The position numbers and the translations under genes are program-made. The notes under the pieces are model-generated. The model was not told the origin of the DNA and did no database searches. It worked only from the letters and a program-made list of their open reading frames with translations. From Acidimicrobiales bacterium (GTDB lineage: Bacteria; Actinomycetota; Acidimicrobiia; Acidimicrobiales; SZUA-35), in the NCBI GenBank assembly GCA_965216655.1, contig CBDCGP010000002.1:8482-72481 (forward strand): DNA of 64,000 bases, written 5' to 3'. Shown here one piece after another: positions 28,057 to 37,620 of the stretch; position 1 is the stretch's first letter; each line of letters starts with the position of its first letter.

Positions 28057-28106
28057 GTCGTTCGCGGGTGAATTCGACCGGTTTTGACCGTAATCACCCG
28101 CGAATG
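28057..28106 (+). repeat. 50-nt interspersed palindromic element, copy B
   Basis: GTCGTTCGCGGGTGAATTCGACCGGTTTTGACCGTAATCACCCGCGAATG, 26 nt downstream of the GNAT stop. Confidence 0.8.
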
Positions 28107-28528
28107 ACCTCGTCTTCGCCGTTGTCCTCGTCGCCGTTGTCATCGTCGTCGAAGATCAGCGACGAGATGAACGGAATCGTGAGCCCGAAGAACACCCAGA
28201 TCGGCCAGAAGTAGCCGCCGAACGACGTGATGGCCCAGATTCCGGTGCAGATCAAGGCGGGGAAATACCACTGGGCCATGGATCGGATGACGCGACCCAC
28301 ACCGGATCGGGCGGAGATCAGATGATCGGGCGAAGCGTCGTCTACGGGGACGGGAAGATCGGCGGTCACGGCATCGAGGTCGGAACCGAAGCGGGCGCGG
28401 TAGACCGAGGACAGCCGCTCCTCCAACTCGTGCTCCGTGAGGCGGCCCTCCGCATAGGCCGTCCGTAGACGGTCCGAATACAACTCACGGTCCCGGTCCG
28501 ATATCCGAATTCGATCCGGTTCGGTCAT
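28094..28528 (-). CDS. DUF1707 domain membrane protein
   Basis: N-terminal RISDRDRELYSDRLRTAYAEGRLTEHELEERL is typical of DUF1707. Two TM segments and an acidic tail. The last codons (DEVIRG-stop) lie inside repeat copy B. Confidence 0.7.
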   Translation of the reverse strand: MTEPDRIRISDRDRELYSDRLRTAYAEGRLTEHELEERLSSVYRARFGSDLDAVTADLPVPVDDASPDHLISARSGVGRVIRSMAQWYFPALICTGIWAITSFGGYFWPIWVFFGLTIPFISSLIFDDDDNGDEDNGEDEVIRG

Positions 28529-28570
28529 GGATCCACCCTACATCTGTCCATCGAGCCGGGCCGCTCGCGG

Positions 28571-29801
28571 CTAGTGCTCTGACCACTAACGTTTGCGCGC
28601 TTTAGGCGGCTCGTGGTTTGGGGTGGCCCCAGCGTCGTTGTTGTTCGCTTCGGATCTTGGCTCGATGCCGGCGTTCGGCTGCGAGGAGTTCGGGATCTCG
28701 GGTGTGTGAGTTCCGCCACCGTAGGTAGCTCCGGATGGCTCTGGTCAGTGCCGGGTGGTCGGCATGGTCGCTGTTGGCCACGACGAACTGTCGGAGCGGC
28801 CCGAAGTGGGCCTCGATCGGATTGGCCCACGACGCATACGTGGGGGTGAACACCAGCTCGACCCGATTCGCCTGGCACCATTCACGGATCGCTTGGCCCC
28901 GGTGATGGTTCAGGTTGTCCAGGATCACATGAATCCACTCACCGTCATCGAGACGAGCCCGGATCGATTGCAATGCCCGCAGGGTCGGTTTCCATCCTTT
29001 GCGGCGTTCGATCCGGCCGAACAGCTGGTCCTCACCGATCGAGTAGCTGGCAAAGAACTGTCGGGATCCGTGCGGTTTGTTGTAGTTCGCCCGCAGCCGC
29101 TGGGGTCGCCCCTCGGGTGCCCACCCAGAGCCACCGACCGGTTTGATGGTCAAGGGCCCGAACTCGTCGAACGCGAACGTGCGGTCTCTGGCGTGTTCCA
29201 GGCACCACTCGATCCGAGCCAGCTTCTGTTCTTTCAACGGATCCGGCGACTCTTTCCAGGTCTTGGTCCGCTGGAACGTGATCCCCTCAGCGGCCAGGAT
29301 CTGACGGAGACGTTCACGACCGATCCGCACCCGGCCACCGGGCTTGGTGGCCAGATAGTCGACCAATTTCCGGATCGACCAGCAAGTGAATGGGCGCCCC
29401 AGCTTCTCGGGGCGAGTCTTGGCCGTCTTGACGATCAACTCGCGGTCAGTCGTCGTGATCAGGCGGGGACGGCCACCCGCCCACTGAGGGTCCAGCGATC
29501 GCATCCCCAAATCGTTGAACCGGTGGATCATCTCCCGGACCCGATCGGGTGAGGTCTGCACCAACCGGGCGATCACCGCCACATCGTTCCCACCGGCCGA
29601 GGCCAGCACCACCATTGCTCGCCGCCAGCGCACGATCGACCGGTCGGACTTACCGCCCCGCCGCACGATCGCCTGTAACTCGCGGCCTTCCGCGTCGTTC
29701 AATCGACGCACACGCACACGTTCTGCCATCCCCCAATCAAAACAGACCCAGAACACCAAACGGTGGACGCGACCCACCAACCATCATGGTCAGAGCACTA
29801 G
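28571..29801 (-). mobile_element. IS630-family insertion sequence, apparently intact
   Basis: Perfect 15-bp terminal inverted repeats: CTAGTGCTCTGACCA (28571-28585) and TGGTCAGAGCACTAG (29787-29801). TA dinucleotides sit at both ends, consistent with TA target duplication. Single transposase ORF. Confidence 0.85.
28602..29729 (-). CDS. IS630 family transposase
   Basis: N-terminal HTH region MAERVRVRRLNDAEGRELQAIVRRG...DVAVIARLV and a DDE_3-like C-terminal half (WIHVILDNLNHHRG...PTYASWANPIE). Confidence 0.85.
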   Translation of the reverse strand: MAERVRVRRLNDAEGRELQAIVRRGGKSDRSIVRWRRAMVVLASAGGNDVAVIARLVQTSPDRVREMIHRFNDLGMRSLDPQWAGGRPRLITTTDRELIVKTAKTRPEKLGRPFTCWSIRKLVDYLATKPGGRVRIGRERLRQILAAEGITFQRTKTWKESPDPLKEQKLARIEWCLEHARDRTFAFDEFGPLTIKPVGGSGWAPEGRPQRLRANYNKPHGSRQFFASYSIGEDQLFGRIERRKGWKPTLRALQSIRARLDDGEWIHVILDNLNHHRGQAIREWCQANRVELVFTPTYASWANPIEAHFGPLRQFVVANSDHADHPALTRAIRSYLRWRNSHTRDPELLAAERRHRAKIRSEQQRRWGHPKPRAA

Positions 29802-30935
29802 TCAACCGTTGAGGGCGGCGTAGACGGATCTCGCGAGCTTGGCCATGGGAAAGCCGGAGGCCTCCAGCACCACCAGACCCACTCCGAGGCGGCGATCGGG
29901 GTCGGCGAATCCGCCGGAGCCATAGGCCCCGTAGAAGCCGAAGGCCCGGTCGCCGGTGCGCCGCTTCGGGAACGGCCGGTGATAGCCGAGCAGCCACCCG
30001 ACCCGGATCGGTATGACCAGGTCACGTCGCCGGTTCTGCTGCCCGGTCGCTCGACGCCGGGTGGCCGGTGTCCACAGCCGAACTCCGTCGACGCCATCGT
30101 CGTCGGCGAGGGCGGCGTAGAACCGGGCCAGCGAACGGGCGGTGAAGGTTCCGTTGACCGACGGGACCTCCGCCATCAGGAACTCGTCGGTCGGTATGAC
30201 CTGGTGGGCGTTGCGGGGAACGAAGGCCGCAGCCATCCGTCGGGGGCTGACGCCAACCAGTCGCAGGGTCGGGTCGAGCGCCTTGGCCAGTCGGGCGACG
30301 GGGGCCGGCTCCGCCGCCAGTTTCGGGCGGCGAGCCACCCTCGGTAGCTCGGCCGCCGGCGTGCCGATATGGAAGCCGTCGAGGTCCAGGGGACGGGCGA
30401 TCCGTCGTACCACGAATCGGCCCAGCGACTCGCCGCTTGTCCGCCGTACGAGTTCGGCCACCAGCCAGCCGTAGGTGATGGCGTGGTATGCGTTCGCCTC
30501 GCCCGGGCGGTGGGCAGGTTCGGCCGCGGCCAGTGCATCGGACATGGCCTGGTGGTCGAGTAGCGTCCGAGGGTCGGTGATCAGGTGTCGAACATCGTAG
30601 AGCCCGGCTTCCATCGCCAGTACGTGACGCACCGTGACGTCACCTTTGCCGGCGGCCGCGAACTCCGGCCAGTGGTCGGCGACGCGATCGTCGTAGTCGA
30701 GGAGTCCGTCGTCGACGAGCATGTGTAGTGCCGTCGATGCCACCCCCTTGGTCGTCGACCACGCCATCGCCATCGAATCGCGTTCCCAGCTATCGCCCGA
30801 GTCCGGGTCTCGGTGGCCGGCCCAGACGTCGAGAACCGGTGCACCGTCGAGGTATACGCAGAAGGCACCGCCGCCGGCCTTGCGCAGCTCGCGCCGGGCG
30901 AGCCCGGCCAGCTCAGCAAACCGCTGTTCGTTCAC
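29802..30935 (-). CDS. serine hydrolase, beta-lactamase/EstB family
   Basis: SxxK motif in AWSTTKGVASTAL. I chose the GTG at 30935 because it forms a GTGA overlap with the upstream SDR stop. The stop codon abuts the IS630 right end. Confidence 0.8.
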   Translation of the reverse strand: MNEQRFAELAGLARRELRKAGGGAFCVYLDGAPVLDVWAGHRDPDSGDSWERDSMAMAWSTTKGVASTALHMLVDDGLLDYDDRVADHWPEFAAAGKGDVTVRHVLAMEAGLYDVRHLITDPRTLLDHQAMSDALAAAEPAHRPGEANAYHAITYGWLVAELVRRTSGESLGRFVVRRIARPLDLDGFHIGTPAAELPRVARRPKLAAEPAPVARLAKALDPTLRLVGVSPRRMAAAFVPRNAHQVIPTDEFLMAEVPSVNGTFTARSLARFYAALADDDGVDGVRLWTPATRRRATGQQNRRRDLVIPIRVGWLLGYHRPFPKRRTGDRAFGFYGAYGSGGFADPDRRLGVGLVVLEASGFPMAKLARSVYAALNG

Positions 30936-31711
30936 TTCGGCGGCATGCGGATACCACCGTCGAGGCGGATCGTCTCCCCGTTCATGTAGGGGTTGGTGAT
31001 GCACTCCATCACCCCGAACGCCAGCTCCTCTGCAGTACCGAGACGTTTGGGGAACAGCACGTTCTGGCCCAGGTGGGCCTTGAACTGATCCGACTGCTCG
31101 CCCTCACCGTAGATCGGCGTGTCGATCAGACCCGGCGCGATGGTGTTGACCCGGATGCCGACGGCCGACAGGTCGCGGGCTATCGGAAGTGTCATGCCGA
31201 CCACGCCGCCCTTGGACGCCGAGTAGGCGGCCTGGCCGATCTGACCGTCGAACGCCGCCGCCGACGCCATGTTGACGATCGCGCCCCGGCTGCCGTCGTC
31301 ATCGACCGGATCGGTCTGGGCCATGGCGGCCGCCGACTGACTCAACATGTTGAACGAGCCGATCAGGTTGACGCGGATCACGAACTCGAACCGCTCCAGC
31401 TCCATCGGTACGTTGTTGCGGTCGACGGTGCGGGCGGCCCAACCGATCCCGGCCGAGTTGACCAGCGCCCGGAGGGGCCCCATCTCCGATGCCGCCGCCA
31501 CCGCCGTCTGGGCGTCCTCGACCGACGAGACATCACAGCGGACGAACAGCCCGCCCAACTCCGATGCGACCGCCTGGCCCCGCTCCTCGTTGAGGTCGGC
31601 GACCACCACCCGGGATCCGGCGGCGGCCAACTGGCGGGCGCAGCCCTCGCCGATCCCGGAAGCTCCTCCGGTCACGATCGATGAACTTTGATCCAACTTC
31701 ATTCGGGGCAT
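30932..31711 (-). CDS. short-chain dehydrogenase, 3-hydroxyacyl-CoA dehydrogenase type II-like
   Basis: TGGASGIG cofactor motif and catalytic YSASKGG. Confidence 0.85.
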   Translation of the reverse strand: MPRMKLDQSSSIVTGGASGIGEGCARQLAAAGSRVVVADLNEERGQAVASELGGLFVRCDVSSVEDAQTAVAAASEMGPLRALVNSAGIGWAARTVDRNNVPMELERFEFVIRVNLIGSFNMLSQSAAAMAQTDPVDDDGSRGAIVNMASAAAFDGQIGQAAYSASKGGVVGMTLPIARDLSAVGIRVNTIAPGLIDTPIYGEGEQSDQFKAHLGQNVLFPKRLGTAEELAFGVMECITNPYMNGETIRLDGGIRMPPK

Positions 31712-31725
31712 GCAGGTCTGTCCTC

Positions 31726-32898
31726 TCAGGCGTCGACTCGTTCGATGATGGTGGCGTTGGCCAGGCCGCCGCCCTCACACATCGTCTGCAGACCATAGCG
31801 GCCGCCGGTTCGTTCCAGTTCGTTGACCAGTGTGGTCATGAGCTTGGTGCCCGAGCAGCCCAGCGGGTGGCCGAGGGCGATGGCGCCGCCGTTGACATTG
31901 GTCTTCTCGAGATCGGTCTTGTGCTCCCGCTGCCACGCCAGCACCACCGAGGCGAACGCCTCGTTGACCTCGAACAGGTCGATGTCGTCGAGCGACAGGC
32001 CGCTGCGCTCCATCACTTTCTCGGTGGCCGGGATCGGGCCCTTCAGCATGGTCACCGGATCGGTGCCGACGACGGCGAAGGTGTGGAACCTGGCCCTCGG
32101 CTTGAGCCCCAGTTCGGCCGCCTTCTCGGCCGACATGATCAGCACGGCCGACGCACCGTCGGAGATCTGCGACGAGTTGCCCGCAGTGATCTTGCCATCT
32201 TCCGAGAAGGCCGGCTTGAGGTTGCCGAGGATCTCGGCGGTCGTCCCCTCGCGGATGCCCTCGTCGCGGGTCATCATCACGGTCTCTTCGTCGACGGTGA
32301 CCGGAACGGGGATGATCTCGGATTCGAATCGACCCTCGGCGGTGGCTTGGGCCGCCCGCCGCTGGCTCTCGGCTCCGAACTCGTCGAGCTCGGCGCGGGT
32401 GATGCCGTACTCGTCGGCGATCATCTCGGCCCCGATGCCCTGGGGAGGAAGACCCGTGTCCTCGTATCGATCCTGCATCTGCTGGGGGAACGGCCAGCCC
32501 ATCTCGCCTTTGACGACGGATGCCCCCATGGGAGTGCGGGTCATGACCTCGACCCCGGCGGCGATGACCACGTCGTAGGCACCGGCGATCACACCCTGGG
32601 CGGCGAAGTGGAGGGCCTGCTGGCTGGAACCGCACTGGCGGTCGACGGTGGTGGCCGGAACCGACTCGGGCCAGCCGGCGGCGAGCACGGCGTTGCGGCC
32701 GATGTTGAGCGACTGTTCGCCGACCTGCATCACGCAGCCCATGATGACGTCGTCGACGATGGCGGGATCGATGCCGTTGCGCTCCTCCAGCGCCTTGAGG
32801 ACGTGAGCGGCCAGATCGGCAGGGTGCCAATCCTTGAGCATGCCGTTGCGCTTGCCGGCCGGGGTTCGGACGGCGTCGACGATTACTGCTTCTCGCAT
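31726..32898 (-). CDS. acetyl-CoA C-acyltransferase (thiolase)
   Basis: Active-site VDRQCGSSQQA, NVNGGAIALGHPLGCSG, and C-terminal CEGGGLANA. Confidence 0.9.
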   Translation of the reverse strand: MREAVIVDAVRTPAGKRNGMLKDWHPADLAAHVLKALEERNGIDPAIVDDVIMGCVMQVGEQSLNIGRNAVLAAGWPESVPATTVDRQCGSSQQALHFAAQGVIAGAYDVVIAAGVEVMTRTPMGASVVKGEMGWPFPQQMQDRYEDTGLPPQGIGAEMIADEYGITRAELDEFGAESQRRAAQATAEGRFESEIIPVPVTVDEETVMMTRDEGIREGTTAEILGNLKPAFSEDGKITAGNSSQISDGASAVLIMSAEKAAELGLKPRARFHTFAVVGTDPVTMLKGPIPATEKVMERSGLSLDDIDLFEVNEAFASVVLAWQREHKTDLEKTNVNGGAIALGHPLGCSGTKLMTTLVNELERTGGRYGLQTMCEGGGLANATIIERVDA

Positions 32899-32910
32899 GA
32901 GGTTCTCCGG

Positions 32911-33426
32911 TTACTTGTGGGGGTGTTCGGTTGTCGTGTCGAGGTTGTTCTTCAGCCGCAACAGGATGTCGGCCAGTACCTGTCGTTCCGAGTGGTCGAT
33001 GCCGCGGCGCAGCTGGACCCGGAGGCGCTTGTCGATGTCGGCCACCTCGATCATGAGCCGGCGACCCTCCTCGGTGGCGGCGACGAGCCAGACCCGCCGG
33101 TCGTCGTCATCGGCCAGCCGCTCGACCAGACCTCGCTGTTCGAGCCGGTCGATGTAGGTGCCGGTGGCGGCGCGGCCGTGGCCGAGTCCGTCGGCGATCG
33201 CAGTCTGGCTGATGGGACCGTGTTGATCGACGTAGGCCAGGGTGCTGGCCGTGTTCAGGTTGAGGTCGAAGGGGGCCAGATGACAGTCGTAGGCGTTGCG
33301 CATCGCCCGGGCGGCGGCCATGATCGTGCTCTCGACCCGCAGCCACGGCGGGGCGTCGAGCTCATGGGATCCGGTGGCGTCGTTTGTCGGCCGCGAATCC
33401 GACGTAGAGGAGACTGTATCGATCAA
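32911..33426 (-). CDS. MarR family transcriptional regulator
   Basis: Winged-helix region TASTLAYVDQHGPISQTAIADGLGHGRAATGTYIDRLEQRGLVERLADDDDRR. Confidence 0.8.
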   Translation of the reverse strand: MIDTVSSTSDSRPTNDATGSHELDAPPWLRVESTIMAAARAMRNAYDCHLAPFDLNLNTASTLAYVDQHGPISQTAIADGLGHGRAATGTYIDRLEQRGLVERLADDDDRRVWLVAATEEGRRLMIEVADIDKRLRVQLRRGIDHSERQVLADILLRLKNNLDTTTEHPHK

Positions 33427-33477
33427 TACAGTCTAGACAGATACCGTTTCACTCCGGCAACGTGGCCACCCCAGAAT

Positions 33478-34729
33478 TGGCAGCATTTCCGCGCGCCCGT
33501 GTGCGTGTGGTTTCAGGTGGTGTTCGCGACATCTGATCCGATTGGAGGATGTTATGGGAAGACCGAAGACGTCGTGGGCTGTGGCGCGGGTGGCGTTGGT
33601 TGGGGTGGCACGGGGGTTGTCTCGCCAACAGGCAGCCCGGGCTGCTGGGATCTCGGAACGCACGATGTACCGGCTGATCGACGAGTATGGGGTCATGCCG
33701 GAGCGTGTGGTGAAACAGCGAGCGAATGGGTTGACTGCTGATGAGCGGGAACAGATCCGCTCAGGTATCGACCGGGAGTTGTCCGATGCTCAGATAGCTG
33801 TTGGGCTCGGTCGGCACCGGTCGACGGTGTGGCGAGAGATCAAGGCTAATGGTGGCCGTCACCGCTACCGGGCGTATCGGGCTCATGACCGGGCTGACCG
33901 GCGGGCTCGCCGATGCCGACAGACTTGGATCGAGGCTCGACCGTGGTTGTGGGACGAGGTAGTCAGGCTCCTTCGGACAAAGAAGTGGTCGCCGCAGCAG
34001 ATTTCGGCCAGGTTGCGGGTCGAGCATCCTAGCGAGCCAGACTGGTGGGTGTCTCACGAGTCGATCTATCAGGCCATCTTTGTGCAGGCCAAACCTGAAC
34101 TGCGGAAAGAACTAGCGGCCTGTCTACGATCAGGGCGGGCTCGGCGCCGACCCAGGGGCCGAACCAAGCCTGGTGGTTCTCGGATTGTGGGGATGGTCAA
34201 CATCTCTCAGCGGCCACCCGAGGTCGAGGATCGGGCGGTGCCCGGCCATTGGGAAGGCGACCTGATTGTTGGCAAGGACGGAGAATCCTTTGTCGGGACG
34301 ATCGTGGAGCGTTCCACCCGGTTTGGGATGCTGATCAAACTGGACAACAGGACCGCTGCCCACACCGCTGACCGGATCAGTCAACACATCGTTGGGCTAC
34401 CCGAACACCTTCGCCGTTCGTTGACGTTGGACCAAGGATCCGAGAACGCCGCCCACGACACGTTCACCGTGGCCACTGGCGCAAACGTGTTTTTCTGTGA
34501 CCCTCACTCGCCCTGGCAGCGTGGCACGAACGAAAACTGGAACGGGCTGGCCCGACAATTCCTTCCCAAAGGGACCGACCTTTCGGTCTACAGTCAACAA
34601 CAACTCGACGACATCGCAGCGCTGCTCAACGAACGGCCCCGCAAGACCCTCGAGTGGGAAACACCAGCAGAACGATTCAACAAACTCGTCGCGGCCACTG
34701 CTTGAATCCACAGCGCGGAAATGCTGCCA
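33478..34729 (+). mobile_element. IS30-family insertion sequence, apparently intact
   Basis: Perfect 17-bp terminal inverted repeats: TGGCAGCATTTCCGCGC (33478-33494) and GCGCGGAAATGCTGCCA (34713-34729), enclosing one transposase ORF. Confidence 0.85.
33554..34705 (+). CDS. IS30 family transposase
   Basis: [10 protein letters not shown]...[12 protein letters not shown]...[30 protein letters not shown] is typical of the IS30 DDE domain. ATG at 33554 lies behind GGAGGA; the listed ORF begins at a TTG at 33542. Confidence 0.85.
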   Translation: MGRPKTSWAVARVALVGVARGLSRQQAARAAGISERTMYRLIDEYGVMPERVVKQRANGLTADEREQIRSGIDRELSDAQIAVGLGRHRSTVWREIKANGGRHRYRAYRAHDRADRRARRCRQTWIEARPWLWDEVVRLLRTKKWSPQQISARLRVEHPSEPDWWVSHESIYQAIFVQAKPELRKELAACLRSGRARRRPRGRTKPGGSRIVGMVNISQRPPEVEDRAVPGHWEGDLIVGKDGESFVGTIVERSTRFGMLIKLDNRTAAHTADRISQHIVGLPEHLRRSLTLDQGSENAAHDTFTVATGANVFFCDPHSPWQRGTNENWNGLARQFLPKGTDLSVYSQQQLDDIAALLNERPRKTLEWETPAERFNKLVAATA

Positions 34730-34757
34730 GATCGTAGGCAAGGAGACGAATCGAACG

Positions 34758-35267
34758 TCAGGCGTTGGCGGCCTCATGGTCGAGCAGCCAGCGCTTCACG
34801 TCGAGCCCGTAGTAGTAGCCGCCGAGAGAGCCGTCGGTTCGCAGGGCTCGATGGCAGGGCACGAACGGGGCGATCATGTTACGCCCGCATGCCGTGCCGG
34901 CGGCCCGCACGGCACGGGGCTTGGAGGTGGTGGCCGCCAGTTGCGTATACGTCGCCGTTGCCCCGGCCGGGATGGCCCGCAGCCCCGACCACACCTCGTG
35001 TTGGAGGTCGGTGCCGGCCTGATTTACGGGAACCAGGTCGAGAGAGGTGACCCTTCCGGCGAGGTAGTCGGCGACGGCCTGGTCGGTCAGCGGTTGTCGG
35101 TCGACCTGGGTGCACGACGGACGCTCGCCGTCGGCGGTGACCGGCAGGCGGTCGAGCAGATCGTCAGGTGGGCAGAACCCGGCGGCCACGACGGCCGGGT
35201 CGTTCGTCGGGTCGACGATCACGGTCAGTGGGCCGACGGGGGTCTGGTAGGTGGAGGCTTGCAGCAT
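34758..35267 (-). CDS. ogt: methylated-DNA-protein-cysteine methyltransferase
   Basis: Active site VPCHRAL. Start at MLQASTYQTPVGPL. Confidence 0.85.
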   Translation of the reverse strand: MLQASTYQTPVGPLTVIVDPTNDPAVVAAGFCPPDDLLDRLPVTADGERPSCTQVDRQPLTDQAVADYLAGRVTSLDLVPVNQAGTDLQHEVWSGLRAIPAGATATYTQLAATTSKPRAVRAAGTACGRNMIAPFVPCHRALRTDGSLGGYYYGLDVKRWLLDHEAANA

Positions 35268-35325
35268 GGGGCTACTCCGATTCTTCAGTCTGTCGAGGGA
35301 TGTCTGTCTGTGGGGGAAGTGTGGG

Positions 35326-36834
35326 TCAGCCGCTCCAGAGGGCCATGGCGGCGTAGGCTCGCCATGGCCGCCAGCCCTCGGCTCGGGCATCGAGCTCGCG
35401 GCCGGACACGCCGAGGCGCTTGGCCAGGACGAGATCCGACGCCGGCCAACCGTCGGGATGACCGAACGCCCGCATCGTCACGTAGCCCGCGGTCCAGGGG
35501 CCGATTCCCGGTAGAGCCAGCAGCTGACGCTCGGTTTCGATCGGGTCGGCCTCGAGCGACAGGTTGACCTGCCCGTCGACCACCGCCCGGGCCAGGGTGC
35601 GAATGGTTTTGCGCCGTCGCGACGGCATGCCCAGGTCGTCGAGGGGAGCGTCGAGGATCTCGGCCGGCGTCGGGAATCGATGATGGATTTCGATTCCGGG
35701 ATTGACGATGGCGAGCAGTTTCCCCAGCGTGGTGCGGGCACCGGCAACGCTGATCTGCTGTCCCACGATCGCCCGGACCGCGAGTTCGAATCGGTCGAAC
35801 GTGCCCGGGAGTCGGGGAACGACGATCTGATCGCGGCCGGTGGTCAGGAAGGAAGCCAGCGTGTCGTCCTTAACCAGTTCGGCGCCGATGGCCTCGAGGT
35901 CGGAGTCGAGGTCACACACCAGGCGGACGGCGGGCACGAGATGGCTCAGGTCGCTCAGCTCGTCGAGCGAGCAGGTGATCGCCGCGGCATGATCGTCGTC
36001 GGTGGGTCCGATCTCGATCCAGCCTCCCGGGACGTTCCGTCGGAACCGGCCGTCGACGGCCGACTCGAGACCCGGGATGGCCCGGGCGGCCAGGAAGGCC
36101 TGGAGGCCAGGCCAGCCCAGTGGGCCGCGTGCGGCGAGGGTCAGCTCGACTGTGGAGTCTCCCGATTCCGTTCCCGAGGTGCGTCCCGGACGGCGGCGCA
36201 GCTCCGTCGGTGTCGTTGCGAACGCCTGTTTGAACGATTCGTTGAACTGGCGAATACTCGTGAACCCTGCGGCGAACGCGATATCGGTGACCGGCAGCGA
36301 CGTCTGGTCGAGCAGGGTGCGGGCCAGCAGAATCCGGCGGGTGCGGGCCAGCTGATTCGGGCCGGTGCCGACCTCGGCCACCAGCTCGCGCCGCAGGTGG
36401 CGCTCGCTGACCCCGAGTCTCGACGCCAGCCCTCCGACCCCTTCACGATCGACGATGCCCTGCTCGATCAGCGACATCGCCTTGTTGGCCAGGTCGGCCC
36501 GCCGGTTCCACTCGGGATGGGCGGGCGCGAGTTCGGGTCGGCAGCGGCGGCACGGACGGAAGCCGGCATCGATCGCGCCCGCGGCGTGAGCGAAGAACCT
36601 CACGTTGCGGCTGGCCGGTGTACGAGCCGGGCACGATGGGCGGCAGAAGATGCCGGTCGTCTTCACCCCCGTGTAGAACGTGCCGTCGAAACGGCGATCC
36701 CGGCGGCTGATGGCCTGATAGCAGGCATGATGGTCGAGCCTGGCGTTGGACTTGGCGGCGGTGTCGGTTGCGGTGGTGGCCTGCCCGTTTCGCGAAGATG
36801 TTGTGGTCACAATGTCAGTTTTAGTCCTGGTCAC
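35326..36834 (-). CDS. Ada N-terminal domain / AraC HTH / AlkA DNA-3-methyladenine glycosylase II fusion
   Basis: TTGIFCRPSCPAR...GFRPCRRCRP (Ada Zn-Cys4), AraC-type HTH, and the HhH-GPD motif LPGIGPWTAGYVTMRA. Confidence 0.85.
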   Translation of the reverse strand: MTRTKTDIVTTTSSRNGQATTATDTAAKSNARLDHHACYQAISRRDRRFDGTFYTGVKTTGIFCRPSCPARTPASRNVRFFAHAAGAIDAGFRPCRRCRPELAPAHPEWNRRADLANKAMSLIEQGIVDREGVGGLASRLGVSERHLRRELVAEVGTGPNQLARTRRILLARTLLDQTSLPVTDIAFAAGFTSIRQFNESFKQAFATTPTELRRRPGRTSGTESGDSTVELTLAARGPLGWPGLQAFLAARAIPGLESAVDGRFRRNVPGGWIEIGPTDDDHAAAITCSLDELSDLSHLVPAVRLVCDLDSDLEAIGAELVKDDTLASFLTTGRDQIVVPRLPGTFDRFELAVRAIVGQQISVAGARTTLGKLLAIVNPGIEIHHRFPTPAEILDAPLDDLGMPSRRRKTIRTLARAVVDGQVNLSLEADPIETERQLLALPGIGPWTAGYVTMRAFGHPDGWPASDLVLAKRLGVSGRELDARAEGWRPWRAYAAMALWSG

Positions 36835-36961
36835 AGCCTTTTACTAGCGGAAAACGGACACGGCGGCTGGTCGCATCCCGGCCTGCCGGGTACGGGCCGG
36901 ATTCGACGCCGAGCCGAGATGCCCCGATCGGTGGACGCCGGGGCGGTAACCTTGTCGTGCG

Positions 36962-37594
36962 ATGGCTAGGGTCTCCCAATCCAACCAGATCGATGTCGGG
37001 CAAACGACCGGTCGGCGACGGCTGCACCGTGAAGCCGGCGCCGTGGTCGGGGCTCTGTTCGCCGCGACCGCCCTTTCCGGCTGCATCGGTTCCGAGGGCG
37101 ACACGGAGGGCGCGGTGACTCTCACCCCGACCCAGGCGGCCGAGCAGCTCATCATCGGACCGCTGGCCGAACAGGTCGGACTCGGTCCGCTCAACGCGAG
37201 TTGCCCGGACATGTCCGCCGCCACAGGCGGTGACGTGTTCCCCTGCACCGCGGCCACCGAGGCCGATCGTCTCGTCAACGTCGACGCCGCGATCCTTCCG
37301 TCGGGTCAGGTCGAGCTGTCCACCACCAACGTGATCCTGGGATCGGCGCTGTCGAGCTTCGAGCAATCGGCGGTCGATGCCATCAACAAGGTCCGGCCCG
37401 ATGCCAACCTCGAGGCGGGGGCCGTTGAGTGCGGGGATTCGTCAGTGGTGCTGTCCGACGACCGGATGATGATCTGTGAACTCACCGATCCGCGAACACA
37501 GCAGATCTTCGAGGTCAGTCTCACCGTCTCCGACATCGAGGCACGACAGTTCGAACTGATCGTCGCCGACCGCCCCAAAGGCACGAGCGGGTAG
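36962..37594 (+). CDS. hypothetical lipoprotein with two similar Cys-pair modules
   Basis: Lipobox ATALSGCIG. Each module carries a pair of Cys (NASCPD...FPC and VECGD...MICE). Confidence 0.55.
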   Translation: MARVSQSNQIDVGQTTGRRRLHREAGAVVGALFAATALSGCIGSEGDTEGAVTLTPTQAAEQLIIGPLAEQVGLGPLNASCPDMSAATGGDVFPCTAATEADRLVNVDAAILPSGQVELSTTNVILGSALSSFEQSAVDAINKVRPDANLEAGAVECGDSSVVLSDDRMMICELTDPRTQQIFEVSLTVSDIEARQFELIVADRPKGTSG

Positions 37595-37620
37595 CCGCAG
37601 TCCAACTGCGCGCTGAACTC

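Noticed and set aside
31681-33741. 686-aa plus-strand ORF spanning the thiolase, marR and the IS30 left end
   Set aside because: It is antisense to two well-supported genes and crosses an IS boundary. It is Gly/Arg/Asp-rich with no motifs.
28571-34729. Composite transposon formed by the two IS elements
   Set aside because: The flanking elements belong to different families (IS630 and IS30) with unrelated terminal repeats, so they cannot mobilise the intervening operon as a classical composite transposon.
36835-36961. Possible riboswitch upstream of the lipoprotein gene at 36962
   Set aside because: The region is GC-rich with some pairing potential, but I could not match it to any conserved riboswitch core (c-di-GMP, ydaO) by eye.
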